Source of the DNA: Nannocystis sp. RBIL2
GTDB lineage: Bacteria > Myxococcota_A > Polyangia > Nannocystales > Nannocystaceae
DNA: 64,000 bases
Direction: 5' to 3'
Assembly (NCBI RefSeq): GCF_026626745.1
Contig: NZ_JAPNJW010000001.1
Coordinates: forward strand, 908,311 to 972,310
Shown: one piece after another, positions 1 to 10,463 of the stretch
How positions within the stretch are numbered: the stretch's first letter is position 1
Layout: each line of letters starts with the position of its first letter
Notes under the pieces: model-generated
Database searches by the model: none
What the model saw: only the letters and a program-made list of their open reading frames with translations
What the model was told of the DNA's origin: nothing
Program-made: the position numbers and the translations under genes

Positions 1-1
1 G

Positions 2-175
2 ACCACCGACGCCGACACCACCACGGGCGGCCTCGATCCCGACGCCCTGAGCGCCTGCCAGGCCTACTGCGAGCGCTGGGGCGAGTGCGGCTTCCAGCCC
101 GACCTCGCCGGCTGCATCGACGGCTGCAGCGGCAATCAGATCGGCCTCGCCGCCGCGCGCTGCTGCGGCTTCTGA
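2..175 (+). CDS. 3' end of a Cys-rich secreted protein (partial, start lies outside the window)
   Basis: An open frame runs from the window edge to TGA at 173-175. It encodes ...SACQAYCERWGECGFQPDLAGCIDGCSGNQIGLAAARCCGF with many spaced Cys and high GC3. It loosely resembles the Cys-rich lipoprotein paralogs at 40254 and 40971. Confidence 0.4.
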   Translation, partial: TTDADTTTGGLDPDALSACQAYCERWGECGFQPDLAGCIDGCSGNQIGLAAARCCGF

Positions 176-244
176 GGCCGGGGCCCCTCGCTCGCGCCGG
201 GCCGCGACTTGAGCCCACGCGCGGCCTCGCGTCACACTGCCCTC

Positions 245-1711
245 ATGCCCACCGCCGAGGCTGGCGTCCGCCCCACGCGTGTCCCTCGCTCGTTCCGCCC
301 GCACCTGCGACTCGCAGCTGCGCTGCTGCTCGCCGCCTGCCCGGCGAACAGCGCCGGCACCACCGACAGTCTCCCGCTCACGTCCACCGGCACCACCACC
401 GCCGATCCAGCCACCACGATCGCTACCACCGAGGTCGCAACGACGACCACCACCGGCGAGCCCATCACCACCTCGACCACCGGCGACACGCCCGACCCCA
501 CGACCACGGGCACCACCGCCGCCGGCACCACCGAGGTCGCCCCGCCGCCGGAGGTCGCCCTGACCCTCATCACCGACGACAACCGCGCCTACGTCGAGAT
601 GCACGGCGGCTGGGGCCCGCACCTGCGCGGCCTCATGCGCGCGCCCGACGACAGCCTGTGGTTTCACGTCGATGCCGGCGAGGACGTGTATCACAACCGC
701 ACCATCCGCTACCTCCGCCGCGGCGCCGGCGAGCCCGCGTGGAGCCTCGTCGCCGAACAACCGCACACTGACGGCATCCAGCAGAACGCCGCCAGCGTGC
801 TGGTCGGCTCGACGATCCTCACCTACGGCGTCAACATCCAGCAGCACTTCCTCGAGGAGTGCTACCTCGACACCGCCGACCCGTCGGTGCACGCCTGCAA
901 CGCAGTGCTCGTCAGCGGCCAGGTCTACACCACCCCGCCCGCCTCGAACTACGTCGGCGCCGCGGTGCTCGGCCCCGGCGCGCGCATCGTGTGGTTTACC
1001 GTCGTCGGCGAGGGCGGCGGCCCCGGTCGCTGGGTCTACACCTACGACTTCGGCGGCGGCTGGAACGGCCCGGTCGAGGTCGACCTCGGCGGCGCCAACG
1101 ACCTCGGCTACGTCCACGCCATGGCCACGCCCGGCGGCCAGCTGGCGCTGGTCGGCCAGACCTTCACCGGCCAGTACCCCGACGGCACTTACGCCGCGGT
1201 GGTCGCCGATGTCACGTTGGGACAGGTCCCTACATTCATGTCCCTCGAGCCACCCGACCCGGCCGCGCAGGTCCGCAGCGGCGCCGACCTGTTCCACGAC
1301 AGCGCCGGCGACACCCACGTGCTCGCGTATTTCGACGGCGTCGTCGCCTATTACCACCGCCCCGCCGGCGCGAGCTGGGCCAGCCACACCGCCCCGCTGC
1401 ACGTGTTCTCCGACACCTATCGTGCCCGCTTCATCCGGCCCGCAGACGACCGCCTGTGGCTCGTCCGCGGCAGCGCCGGCGGCCAGGGCGTCCAGCTGCT
1501 GCGGTCTCCGACCCGGCGCGGCGGGCCGGTCGACTGGGCGGCCGCCGAGATCGTCGACGTCCCCAGCCCCGACCCCGGCTTCGCCGCCCCGTCCGCGATC
1601 TACGTCGAATCGCCGACCTACCAGCCCGCCCCGGCCGGCGCGCTCGAGTTCGCGGTGTGCGGCGCGTACCAGGTCGGCGACCGCTCGATCTGGCACGGCC
1701 GCCTCGAGTGA
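245..1711 (+). CDS. hypothetical secreted lipoprotein with Thr-rich linker
   Basis: ORF 209..1711. The internal Met at 245 precedes a signal peptide with lipobox (LRLAAALLLAAC), then a T/P-rich low-complexity linker and a roughly 400-aa globular part. Codon usage is high in GC3. Confidence 0.6.
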   Translation: MPTAEAGVRPTRVPRSFRPHLRLAAALLLAACPANSAGTTDSLPLTSTGTTTADPATTIATTEVATTTTTGEPITTSTTGDTPDPTTTGTTAAGTTEVAPPPEVALTLITDDNRAYVEMHGGWGPHLRGLMRAPDDSLWFHVDAGEDVYHNRTIRYLRRGAGEPAWSLVAEQPHTDGIQQNAASVLVGSTILTYGVNIQQHFLEECYLDTADPSVHACNAVLVSGQVYTTPPASNYVGAAVLGPGARIVWFTVVGEGGGPGRWVYTYDFGGGWNGPVEVDLGGANDLGYVHAMATPGGQLALVGQTFTGQYPDGTYAAVVADVTLGQVPTFMSLEPPDPAAQVRSGADLFHDSAGDTHVLAYFDGVVAYYHRPAGASWASHTAPLHVFSDTYRARFIRPADDRLWLVRGSAGGQGVQLLRSPTRRGGPVDWAAAEIVDVPSPDPGFAAPSAIYVESPTYQPAPAGALEFAVCGAYQVGDRSIWHGRLE

Positions 1712-1762
1712 CATGTCCCCGCGGACATCCCCGTCCTCGCTCGCCGAATCATCACAGCGTGT

Positions 1763-2695
1763 TCACGGCAGGCGGGTGATGAACAGCGCGTCCGGCAGCG
1801 ACGCGAACGTCGCCCCCTCCGGGCACGTCGGGATCTTGTCGTGGCAATGGATGTCGTCGAGCCGGCCCTTGCCGCGGCAGATCAGCCCCGCCGGGCCCCA
1901 CGCGGCCTCCACCGGGCTCTTGAAGTATTCGTCGGTGGTCCCGTGGATCCCCCACACGTCCTCCAGCACCACCGAGACCCCGGCCTGCGTGTGCGCGCTC
2001 CCGTCGTAGCAATAATCGGCGCGGACCACCCGGATCGCAGTCTCGAACAATTCGAGATCTTGCGTCGTCTGCGCCAAATCATAATACCCGAGCGCCGCCG
2101 CCTTGCCGGTCGCGCCGGTGTCGCAGGCCAGGTAGAGCAACCCCGGCGCGGGCGTCACCTCGCCGGTGGCCTCGTGGATGGTGAGCCCCGACAGCACCCG
2201 CGCGTGGCCGGGGCCGTCCTGGCCTTCGGGACAGTTCGGCACCTCGACGTCGCCCTGGTGGTGGAAGAACTGGTAGTGCGGCACGCCGTCGATCTCGAGC
2301 ACGTCGAGCAGGAACATCGGCAGCGACGTGAGCCCCATGTTGAAGCCGATGGTCCACTCCGAGCCCAGCAGCGCGGCCCCGCGGTGCACCTCGCCGACCC
2401 CGTCCACACCGACGAGCTCGCCGGTGTCCACCCCCAGCTCCGTGAGCGCGACGTCGCCCGCGAGCGCCACGCCGTCGAGCCCCGCGCCGAGGTGCGGCAC
2501 CCCGAGCGGCCCGAGCTCGGAGAACTGGTGGTCGTCGAGGGCGTGGGTGTTGAACACGGGGCCGCCGCCCGAATTGCCGCCGGTGAGCAGGACGCGGAGC
2601 TCGACCTCCTCGTCTTCGGGTGCACAGGCGGTCCCCAGCAGAGACGCGAGGAGGAGGCAGACAGGGGTCCAGGACTGCAAGACAGGTCGCATGCC
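1763..2695 (-). CDS. ADYC-domain lipoprotein
   Basis: The minus ORF's Met at 2695 gives MRPVLQSWTPVCLLLASLLGTAC (lipobox). The C-terminal region contains RADYCYDGSAHT, the signature of the myxobacterial ADYC domain family. The upstream ORF extension is Arg-rich junk. Confidence 0.65.
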   Translation of the reverse strand, partial: GMRPVLQSWTPVCLLLASLLGTACAPEDEEVELRVLLTGGNSGGGPVFNTHALDDHQFSELGPLGVPHLGAGLDGVALAGDVALTELGVDTGELVGVDGVGEVHRGAALLGSEWTIGFNMGLTSLPMFLLDVLEIDGVPHYQFFHHQGDVEVPNCPEGQDGPGHARVLSGLTIHEATGEVTPAPGLLYLACDTGATGKAAALGYYDLAQTTQDLELFETAIRVVRADYCYDGSAHTQAGVSVVLEDVWGIHGTTDEYFKSPVEAAWGPAGLICRGKGRLDDIHCHDKIPTCPEGATFASLPDALFITRLP

Positions 2696-2916
2696 CGCGC
2701 CTGTGCAAGTCCCGGGCCCGACTGGGGGCGCGAGGCCGAAGCCCGCCGCTCCTGGCTCACCCCTCACTCGGCGCCCTCGCTCCCCGCTCCTGTCGTCCGC
2801 CGGACCACGCCCGCGCGTCGGCTGTCGACCGCCCGACCACAAGCCGCCTCCACCCGCCCTGCGCCCCCGTCGACGCGCGTGGCACAGGGGCTGCACTGCG
2901 GCCGGCGAGAACGATC

Positions 2917-5250
2917 ATGCAAGCTCCTGCCCCGCGCCGCCTCCTCATCTCTGCCGTCAGCCTCGCAGTCGTCGCCGCTTGCGACCCCGAGCTCGCGCCG
3001 CGACCGGAAACCACCGCGCGCGAGGCCAGCCTGCTGGCCGCGCCCGGGCTCGACTGCCTCACCGACACCAAGCTGCGCCTGCATCACGACGACGGCACCC
3101 TCGACGTCACCACCGACCTCGCCGCCGGCCTCGCCGAGCTCGCGCGGCCCCGCGACCTCGTCGAGCTGTCCTTCGCGGTCACCCCCCAGTGCGCCGCCGA
3201 CCACCGGCGCGTCACCCTCGCCGCCTACACCACCCAGGGCATCAACCTCGGCCTCGACCCGGTCTACCCGCCGACCGCCTTCGACGTCCACACCACCCGC
3301 CTCGGCGGCGACACTTACCTCCTGCGCGTGCGCTTGCCCGACTGCTACTACGAGCTCGACCTCGCGTTCGGCGAGCCGCTCCCGGTCCAGCGGCCCCAGC
3401 TCTCCTACGCCGCCCAGTCGCGCCTGATCCTCGCCGCGATCGGCGGCGACACCACTTGCGACGAGGCCCCCCTCGCGGTCGAGCGCTTCGATCCGGTCGA
3501 GGCCGGCTGGGGCGACGCTCCCGTGTCCGCTCACTTCGGCTGGCGGCTCACCGCCGACCCTGCAGCCCAGCTGCGCTGCGAGTTCGACTTCGACGCCGAC
3601 GGCCAGCCCGACGTGATCCACGAGCCCTGCAGCCGCACCACCGAGCTCGTCAAGACCGCCGCCCTGCCGCAGTGGACCTACCCCGTCGGCAAGCACCGGC
3701 CCGAGCTCGTCGTCAGCGACGGCCAGCGGCGGATCTGGGCCGGCACCGACATCTACGCCAACCACCTCGACTACAAGCCCGACGTCCACTTCCTCGAGGA
3801 GCGGCCCGACTTCCTCGGCGCCGACGTCACAGTCGAGCCCGCCCCCGACCTGAGCCAGGTCGTGCTCCACTTCAAGGACGCGGCGACGCTCCCCGACGTC
3901 GCCGCGGGCGAGGTCGTCGTCGGCCACGGCGGCGCGCGCGGCTACATGCTGCGCGTCGAAGCCGTCACCTACGAAGACGCCGACCTCGTGCTCCTCGGCG
4001 TGCCGGTCGGCCTCGACGACGTCCTCGCCGGCGGCTTCTTCGGCGTCCGCGACCTCCCGATCGACACCTCCGACGTCGCCTGCGTCGCCGAGCCGTGCCC
4101 CGACGAGATCGTCGTGCTCCCCGATCTGCCCGCGGGCCCCGGCGAGACCGCGGAGATCGGGACGCTCGCGCTCGACGAGAGCGTCGACCCGATCCCTCCT
4201 CCGGGCGGCCCCAGGCTGGTGTTCAAGTTCGGCGACCACGGCGAGCTCCACTTCTCCCCCGGCCTCGACGTCGAGCGCTTCGAGCTCGACGTCGATTGGT
4301 TCAGCGTCCCTCACGCCGACGTGGCGATCACGCCGACCATCCACGCCAGCATCGTCGTCAAGGCCGGCCTCACCCAGGCCTTCGAGTTCGGCGAGCTCTA
4401 CCTCGGGACCTTGCCGCTGGCCATCCCGGTGTCGATCATGCTGCGGCCCGAGCTGGAGGTCGAGGCCGCCTACAAGTTCACCGGCACCGTCGCTGCGAGC
4501 GCCACCGGCACCGCCTTCAAGGATCACACCGGCTGGCGGACTGGGCTCGAGACCCACGTCGACGGCCTCCTCGACAACTTCGGCGCCGCCATGGGCCCCG
4601 AGCTCAGCGCCACCTTGCTGGCCAAGTTCGTCATGACGCTGGGCTTCCTCGACGGCCCCTACGTCGCGCCGCTCGCCACCGTCGGCCTGCGCAACACCAT
4701 GGACGGCTGCGAGACCTGCAACCAGGCTTTCTGGGAGGGCGGCGCCGAGTTCGGGTGGGAGGCCTTCGGCAGCGAGCTGTTCGACGCGATCAAGATCATC
4801 CTCGCCGCCGGCGAGATCTGGAAGGACTGCGAGGCCACCGGGCCGTCCTGCGAGCCGCTGTCGGGCGGCCCCGTGATCGTCCGCCCGCGCGACGGCGTCC
4901 TCCTCGACTGCCAGCAATACCCGAAGCTGGTGTTCCGCGCGCCCGGGGCCGCCACCACCGAGGACGTGAACAGCCCGCATCAGTTCACCATCCACGTGAA
5001 CGCGACGCACCAGCAGCACGGCCTCTACGACTACGTCGTCAACACCGCCTTCCGCGGCGGCCTGCCCGAGTGGGACATCCAGTGCGTCCCGCTGGGCGAC
5101 GACGGCTGGGGCGAGTGCAGCTTCACCCCCGCCGACAACCCGTGCAGCTTCGGCGGCTCGCAGTGGTCCAATCATTCGTGGAGCGTCACCGCCCACGTCC
5201 CGCCCGCCAGCGGCAGCCCCACCGACGTGGCGACCTTCGACGTCCCCTGA
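2917..5250 (+). CDS. large hypothetical lipoprotein (777 aa)
   Basis: ATG at 2917 is in frame with ORF 2620..5250. The signal peptide with lipobox is MQAPAPRRLLISAVSLAVVAAC. Coding bias is good throughout and I recognise no domain. Confidence 0.6.
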   Translation: MQAPAPRRLLISAVSLAVVAACDPELAPRPETTAREASLLAAPGLDCLTDTKLRLHHDDGTLDVTTDLAAGLAELARPRDLVELSFAVTPQCAADHRRVTLAAYTTQGINLGLDPVYPPTAFDVHTTRLGGDTYLLRVRLPDCYYELDLAFGEPLPVQRPQLSYAAQSRLILAAIGGDTTCDEAPLAVERFDPVEAGWGDAPVSAHFGWRLTADPAAQLRCEFDFDADGQPDVIHEPCSRTTELVKTAALPQWTYPVGKHRPELVVSDGQRRIWAGTDIYANHLDYKPDVHFLEERPDFLGADVTVEPAPDLSQVVLHFKDAATLPDVAAGEVVVGHGGARGYMLRVEAVTYEDADLVLLGVPVGLDDVLAGGFFGVRDLPIDTSDVACVAEPCPDEIVVLPDLPAGPGETAEIGTLALDESVDPIPPPGGPRLVFKFGDHGELHFSPGLDVERFELDVDWFSVPHADVAITPTIHASIVVKAGLTQAFEFGELYLGTLPLAIPVSIMLRPELEVEAAYKFTGTVAASATGTAFKDHTGWRTGLETHVDGLLDNFGAAMGPELSATLLAKFVMTLGFLDGPYVAPLATVGLRNTMDGCETCNQAFWEGGAEFGWEAFGSELFDAIKIILAAGEIWKDCEATGPSCEPLSGGPVIVRPRDGVLLDCQQYPKLVFRAPGAATTEDVNSPHQFTIHVNATHQQHGLYDYVVNTAFRGGLPEWDIQCVPLGDDGWGECSFTPADNPCSFGGSQWSNHSWSVTAHVPPASGSPTDVATFDVP

Positions 5251-5253
5251 GCC

Positions 5254-6615
<1,362 letters not shown>

Positions 6616-6762
6616 CGCCTACGCCTACGATCAAACGCCGGCGAGGGCAACGTGGCGCGCTCACACGCGCGCCCGCGGTCGCCCGCGCACGCCCCTCCGC
6701 GGGCCCGCCCTTGAACACCCGGTGCCGCCGATTCAGGCTTACGCAGCCCTGTCGGGCCTGTC

Positions 6763-8292
6763 ATGCGAACTCGAAGCCTGTCCGCAGTATTCGCCGTATC
6801 GACCCTCTTCCTCTCCGCGTGCGGCGATCGCCCGCTCGAGGACCAGCCCGAGGATGGTTGCGCGCTCGACCAGCCGTCCCTCCTCGTGCCGCTGCCCGCC
6901 GGTTGGGATCCGGACGAGCGATCGTCGAGCCTCAACATGTGGGTCACCGACGATCACCTTCTCTACGCCTTCGACGAGGTGGGGCAAAAAGGCCGGTTCG
7001 ATCTCGTCCCTCTCTGCGGCGGCGCCCCCGAGTTCGTCGCCGAGAAGGCCCCCCCGTTCATGTCCTATTCGGTGATGAACTCCGAGCAAGGCCCGGTGCT
7101 CTTTAAATTCGGCGACTACACGCTGGACGTGATCGATCGCCTCGAGGTCCCGGGCCGCGACGAGGTCCGGCGAGTCGGTGAATTCTCCCTGCCGCCCGGC
7201 GACGAAGACGACGTGCTGTCGGTGGAGTGGCGCGGCGGCGACTTCGGCACGGTGTACGGATTCAACCTGACCAGCACGGAGCCGGACCCCGTGGTCCGCG
7301 GCGTGGCAGGGATCGGCGGCGGGCACTCGCGCTACTACTTCCACAGCGGCGACCCCGACGCGCCGGTCGTGCTCATCGGCGACGACATCGTCCGTTACTA
7401 CCAGGCCGACAATCTGGCCTTCATGCTCCGCGACGACGGCAGCGTCGACACCTTCGACCGCGAGACCGGCGAGGCCGCGCACATCCTCGACGGCGCGCGA
7501 TACATCGAATCGGTGTGGACCGCCGACGACCACCTCCACCTGCTCTACCAGGTCATGGGCGACGACGCGTCCGAGTCGGTGCGCATCCGCGACCTCGGCA
7601 CCGGTGAGGAGCGCGAGGTCACCGTCAACGACTTCGCGGCCGACTCCTGGGGCCGCGGCCCGACGACGGGCGCCGGTTATTGGCGCGTTGCGGCCGGCCC
7701 GGACACCACAGTGTTCGCGCTCCACGGCCCCGACTCTCGCTTCGTCGAGGCCTACCGACTCGATACCCTCGAGCCCCTCGCAATCCCCGACCACGTCGGC
7801 CCCTCGTCCTTTATTCAGGGTAATTACCCTGGATTCGCGCTCGTCGTGCCCGATCCCGAGGACCACGTGATCGCAGTGTGGAACGCGCTGACAGGTGCGA
7901 TGGTCGAGATCTACCGCGGCCCCGAGCCGGACTGGCGGTTCCGCGTGATCCACGACGACGGCCGCGTGCTTTACGAGCGCCCGAACGGCGACGGCAGCAT
8001 GCGACGAATCGCCGTCGATCTGGCCTCGGGCGAGACCAACACCGTGATCCCGCGGATCGGCGATTCGTGGTTCACTCTGGAGGACGGCCGGCTCCTCTCG
8101 CGGCTCGACATCAGCGACGACGAGATCCAGCACGAGTTCGAGTACGCGCTGGTCGACCCCGACACCGGCGATTATGAGGTCCTGGTCGAAAGGACAGCTG
8201 AAGCGGCGATCGTCGAGGGTGTCGGGCTCCTGTACCTCGACCTCGAGGCGTCCAGGCCGGGCATCTGGACCCTCCCGTTCCCGCCGCGCTGA
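6763..8292 (+). CDS. hypothetical lipoprotein
   Basis: MRTRSLSAVFAVSTLFLSACGD gives a signal peptide plus lipobox. It is a 509-aa ORF with consistent codon bias and no recognisable catalytic motif. Confidence 0.6.
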   Translation: MRTRSLSAVFAVSTLFLSACGDRPLEDQPEDGCALDQPSLLVPLPAGWDPDERSSSLNMWVTDDHLLYAFDEVGQKGRFDLVPLCGGAPEFVAEKAPPFMSYSVMNSEQGPVLFKFGDYTLDVIDRLEVPGRDEVRRVGEFSLPPGDEDDVLSVEWRGGDFGTVYGFNLTSTEPDPVVRGVAGIGGGHSRYYFHSGDPDAPVVLIGDDIVRYYQADNLAFMLRDDGSVDTFDRETGEAAHILDGARYIESVWTADDHLHLLYQVMGDDASESVRIRDLGTGEEREVTVNDFAADSWGRGPTTGAGYWRVAAGPDTTVFALHGPDSRFVEAYRLDTLEPLAIPDHVGPSSFIQGNYPGFALVVPDPEDHVIAVWNALTGAMVEIYRGPEPDWRFRVIHDDGRVLYERPNGDGSMRRIAVDLASGETNTVIPRIGDSWFTLEDGRLLSRLDISDDEIQHEFEYALVDPDTGDYEVLVERTAEAAIVEGVGLLYLDLEASRPGIWTLPFPPR

Positions 8293-8528
8293 TCCGTCGA
8301 GCCTCGACCGGGCCGTCGCCGCCGTGCTCCCGTGCGCGCAGAGACACGGACGGCGACGCCCGCCTGGCAGCGCACTCGCGGTCCCATGCAAGGGATGCAC
8401 CGAGTCGCATCCACGGCATCCCCCGACCCCTATCCCGCCAGCGCCCGCCGGCCCCGCCTGGGCCCTTCCCAGCCCCTGCGGGCGTTCTCGCGCTTGTCTC
8501 GATCGAGGGTTTCTGCTCTCATCGAGCG

Positions 8529-10031
8529 ATGCGTAGTTCGACTCGTCTTCGCTGCCAAACCACCGCATTTACCCTCGCCACCCTCGCGGCGATCCACGGA
8601 TGCGGCGACGCGGGCAGCAGCACGGCGAGCGACGGCACTGCCACCCAGGGCCCGGGCCCGACCGGCACCGCCGGGACGATGACCGGCACCGGCACCGCCA
8701 CCGAGACCTCGGGCGACGTGCCCACGGGCACCGGCACGCAGGGCGAGACGCAGGGCACCACCACCACCGCGCCGACCACCACCGCGCCGACGAGCACGAC
8801 CACCGCGACCACCACCGAGGGCGTCACGGTCACCAGCACCGACGGCACCGCCACCACCGCGACGACGACCACCACCACGGGCGGCATGAAGCTCGACATG
8901 GGCGGCCCGCCGGTCTGTCCGCCCGACGATCAGCCCGTCACCTTCGATTACATCTGGATCGCCAACACCACCCAGGGCACGGTCTCCAAGATCAACACGA
9001 TGACGGGCGTCGAGGAGGGCCGCTATTACACCAACGCGGTGCCGGGCAGCGGCGAGCCGTCGCGCACCTCCGTCAACCAGTTCGGCGACGTCGCGGTCAG
9101 CAACCGCAATCCGGGCAGCGTCACCAAGGTCATGGCATTGCCGGAGAAGTGCGTCGACAACAACGGCAACGGCGTGATCGACACCTCGACGGGCCCTGGC
9201 GACATTCGCCCGTGGGGTCAGGACGAATGCGTGGTGTGGCACACCGCGCTGCCGCTGGCCGACGGCTATTACGGCGGCGCGCGCCCGACCGCGTGGGAGG
9301 GCGTGGCCCAGGACCCGGTCACCTGCGAGACCCCGGTCCCGCGGCTGTGGGTCGGCTACAAGGACATCAACGGCATCGCCCACTTCGCGCGCCTCGAAGG
9401 CAACACCGGCGCGATCCTCGACGACGTCCAGCGCCCCGGCTGGACCACCAACACGTTCGGCCCCTACGGCGGCGCCGTCAACTCCGCCGGCGACCTGTTC
9501 GTCATCGGCTACGACAACGAGGTCTCGATCCGCATCGACGCCGCCACCCTCGCGATCGAGGAGCTCGGCCTCTCCCCCGGCCAGTACAAGTACGGCATGG
9601 GCGTCGACCAGAACGGCAACATGTGGGTCGGCAGCTTCTCCGGCACCGATCACATGTACTTCTACGACCCGGTCGCCAAGCAGTGGCAGGGTATGGGCAA
9701 CGGCGGCAACAACGGCGGCGGCGCGCTCGGCATCGCCGTCGACGACGAGAACCGGGTGTGGGGCGCCGCCAACGGCCCGTGCCGCCTCATCGAGCTCGAC
9801 GGCGACACCAAGACCTGGACCAACCAGAACATCACCCTGCCCGACTGCGGCTCGCCGTGGGGCGTCAGCATCGACAACGAGGGCTACGTATGGGTCGTCG
9901 ACAAGGCCAACAAGGCCTACAAGGTCGACCCCGACACCTATGAGATCAAGCTCGTCGTCACCGGCCTCGTCAATCCATATACCTACTCCGACATGACCGG
10001 CCAGGGCCTCAAGCTCGTCCTCCCGCAGTGA
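8529..10031 (+). CDS. hypothetical lipoprotein with Thr/Gly-rich linker and beta-propeller-like C-terminal region
   Basis: It starts with the signal/lipobox (LATLAAIHGC), followed by a long TGT/TTT-rich linker and a roughly 380-aa region with repeated Gly/aromatic segments. Confidence 0.6.
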   Translation: MRSSTRLRCQTTAFTLATLAAIHGCGDAGSSTASDGTATQGPGPTGTAGTMTGTGTATETSGDVPTGTGTQGETQGTTTTAPTTTAPTSTTTATTTEGVTVTSTDGTATTATTTTTTGGMKLDMGGPPVCPPDDQPVTFDYIWIANTTQGTVSKINTMTGVEEGRYYTNAVPGSGEPSRTSVNQFGDVAVSNRNPGSVTKVMALPEKCVDNNGNGVIDTSTGPGDIRPWGQDECVVWHTALPLADGYYGGARPTAWEGVAQDPVTCETPVPRLWVGYKDINGIAHFARLEGNTGAILDDVQRPGWTTNTFGPYGGAVNSAGDLFVIGYDNEVSIRIDAATLAIEELGLSPGQYKYGMGVDQNGNMWVGSFSGTDHMYFYDPVAKQWQGMGNGGNNGGGALGIAVDDENRVWGAANGPCRLIELDGDTKTWTNQNITLPDCGSPWGVSIDNEGYVWVVDKANKAYKVDPDTYEIKLVVTGLVNPYTYSDMTGQGLKLVLPQ

Positions 10032-10064
10032 CGCGGGCGCGCGCTCGCGGGCACCTCGCCGCCG

Positions 10065-10463
10065 TCAGCACGTACACGCCGGCGGCCCGCAGAACCGGCC
10101 CACGAGATGCAGCAGGTCGTCGATGTCGATCGGCTTGCTCAGCCCTTCCAGGCCCATCTCGACCGCCTTCTCGGCCACGCGGTGATCGCCCGAGACCACC
10201 ACCACCGGGACCCCGGCGATCGCCGGGTCCTCGCGTTGCTCGGCGCGGAACTCCTGCCCGTTCATCACCGGCATCATCAGGTCGAGCAGGACCAGGCACG
10301 GACGGACCCCGCTGCGCAGCGCGTCCAGGGCCTCCTGACCGTTGCCCGCCGCCGCGACGCGATACCCCGACACCTCGAGCACCGTCTGCAGCGTCTCGCA
10401 GACGTCCGGGTCGTCGTCGACGACGAGCACCAGTCCGCCCGTCTCCTTGTTCTCGACCGTCAT
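10065..10463 (-). CDS. response regulator receiver protein (stand-alone REC)
   Basis: MTVENKETGGLVLVVDDDPDV...LLDLMMPVMNG...VVVVSG is a typical CheY-like receiver with the phospho-acceptor Asp context. Its start codon overlaps the kinase stop (ATGA at 10460-10463). Confidence 0.8.
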   Translation of the reverse strand: MTVENKETGGLVLVVDDDPDVCETLQTVLEVSGYRVAAAGNGQEALDALRSGVRPCLVLLDLMMPVMNGQEFRAEQREDPAIAGVPVVVVSGDHRVAEKAVEMGLEGLSKPIDIDDLLHLVGRFCGPPACTC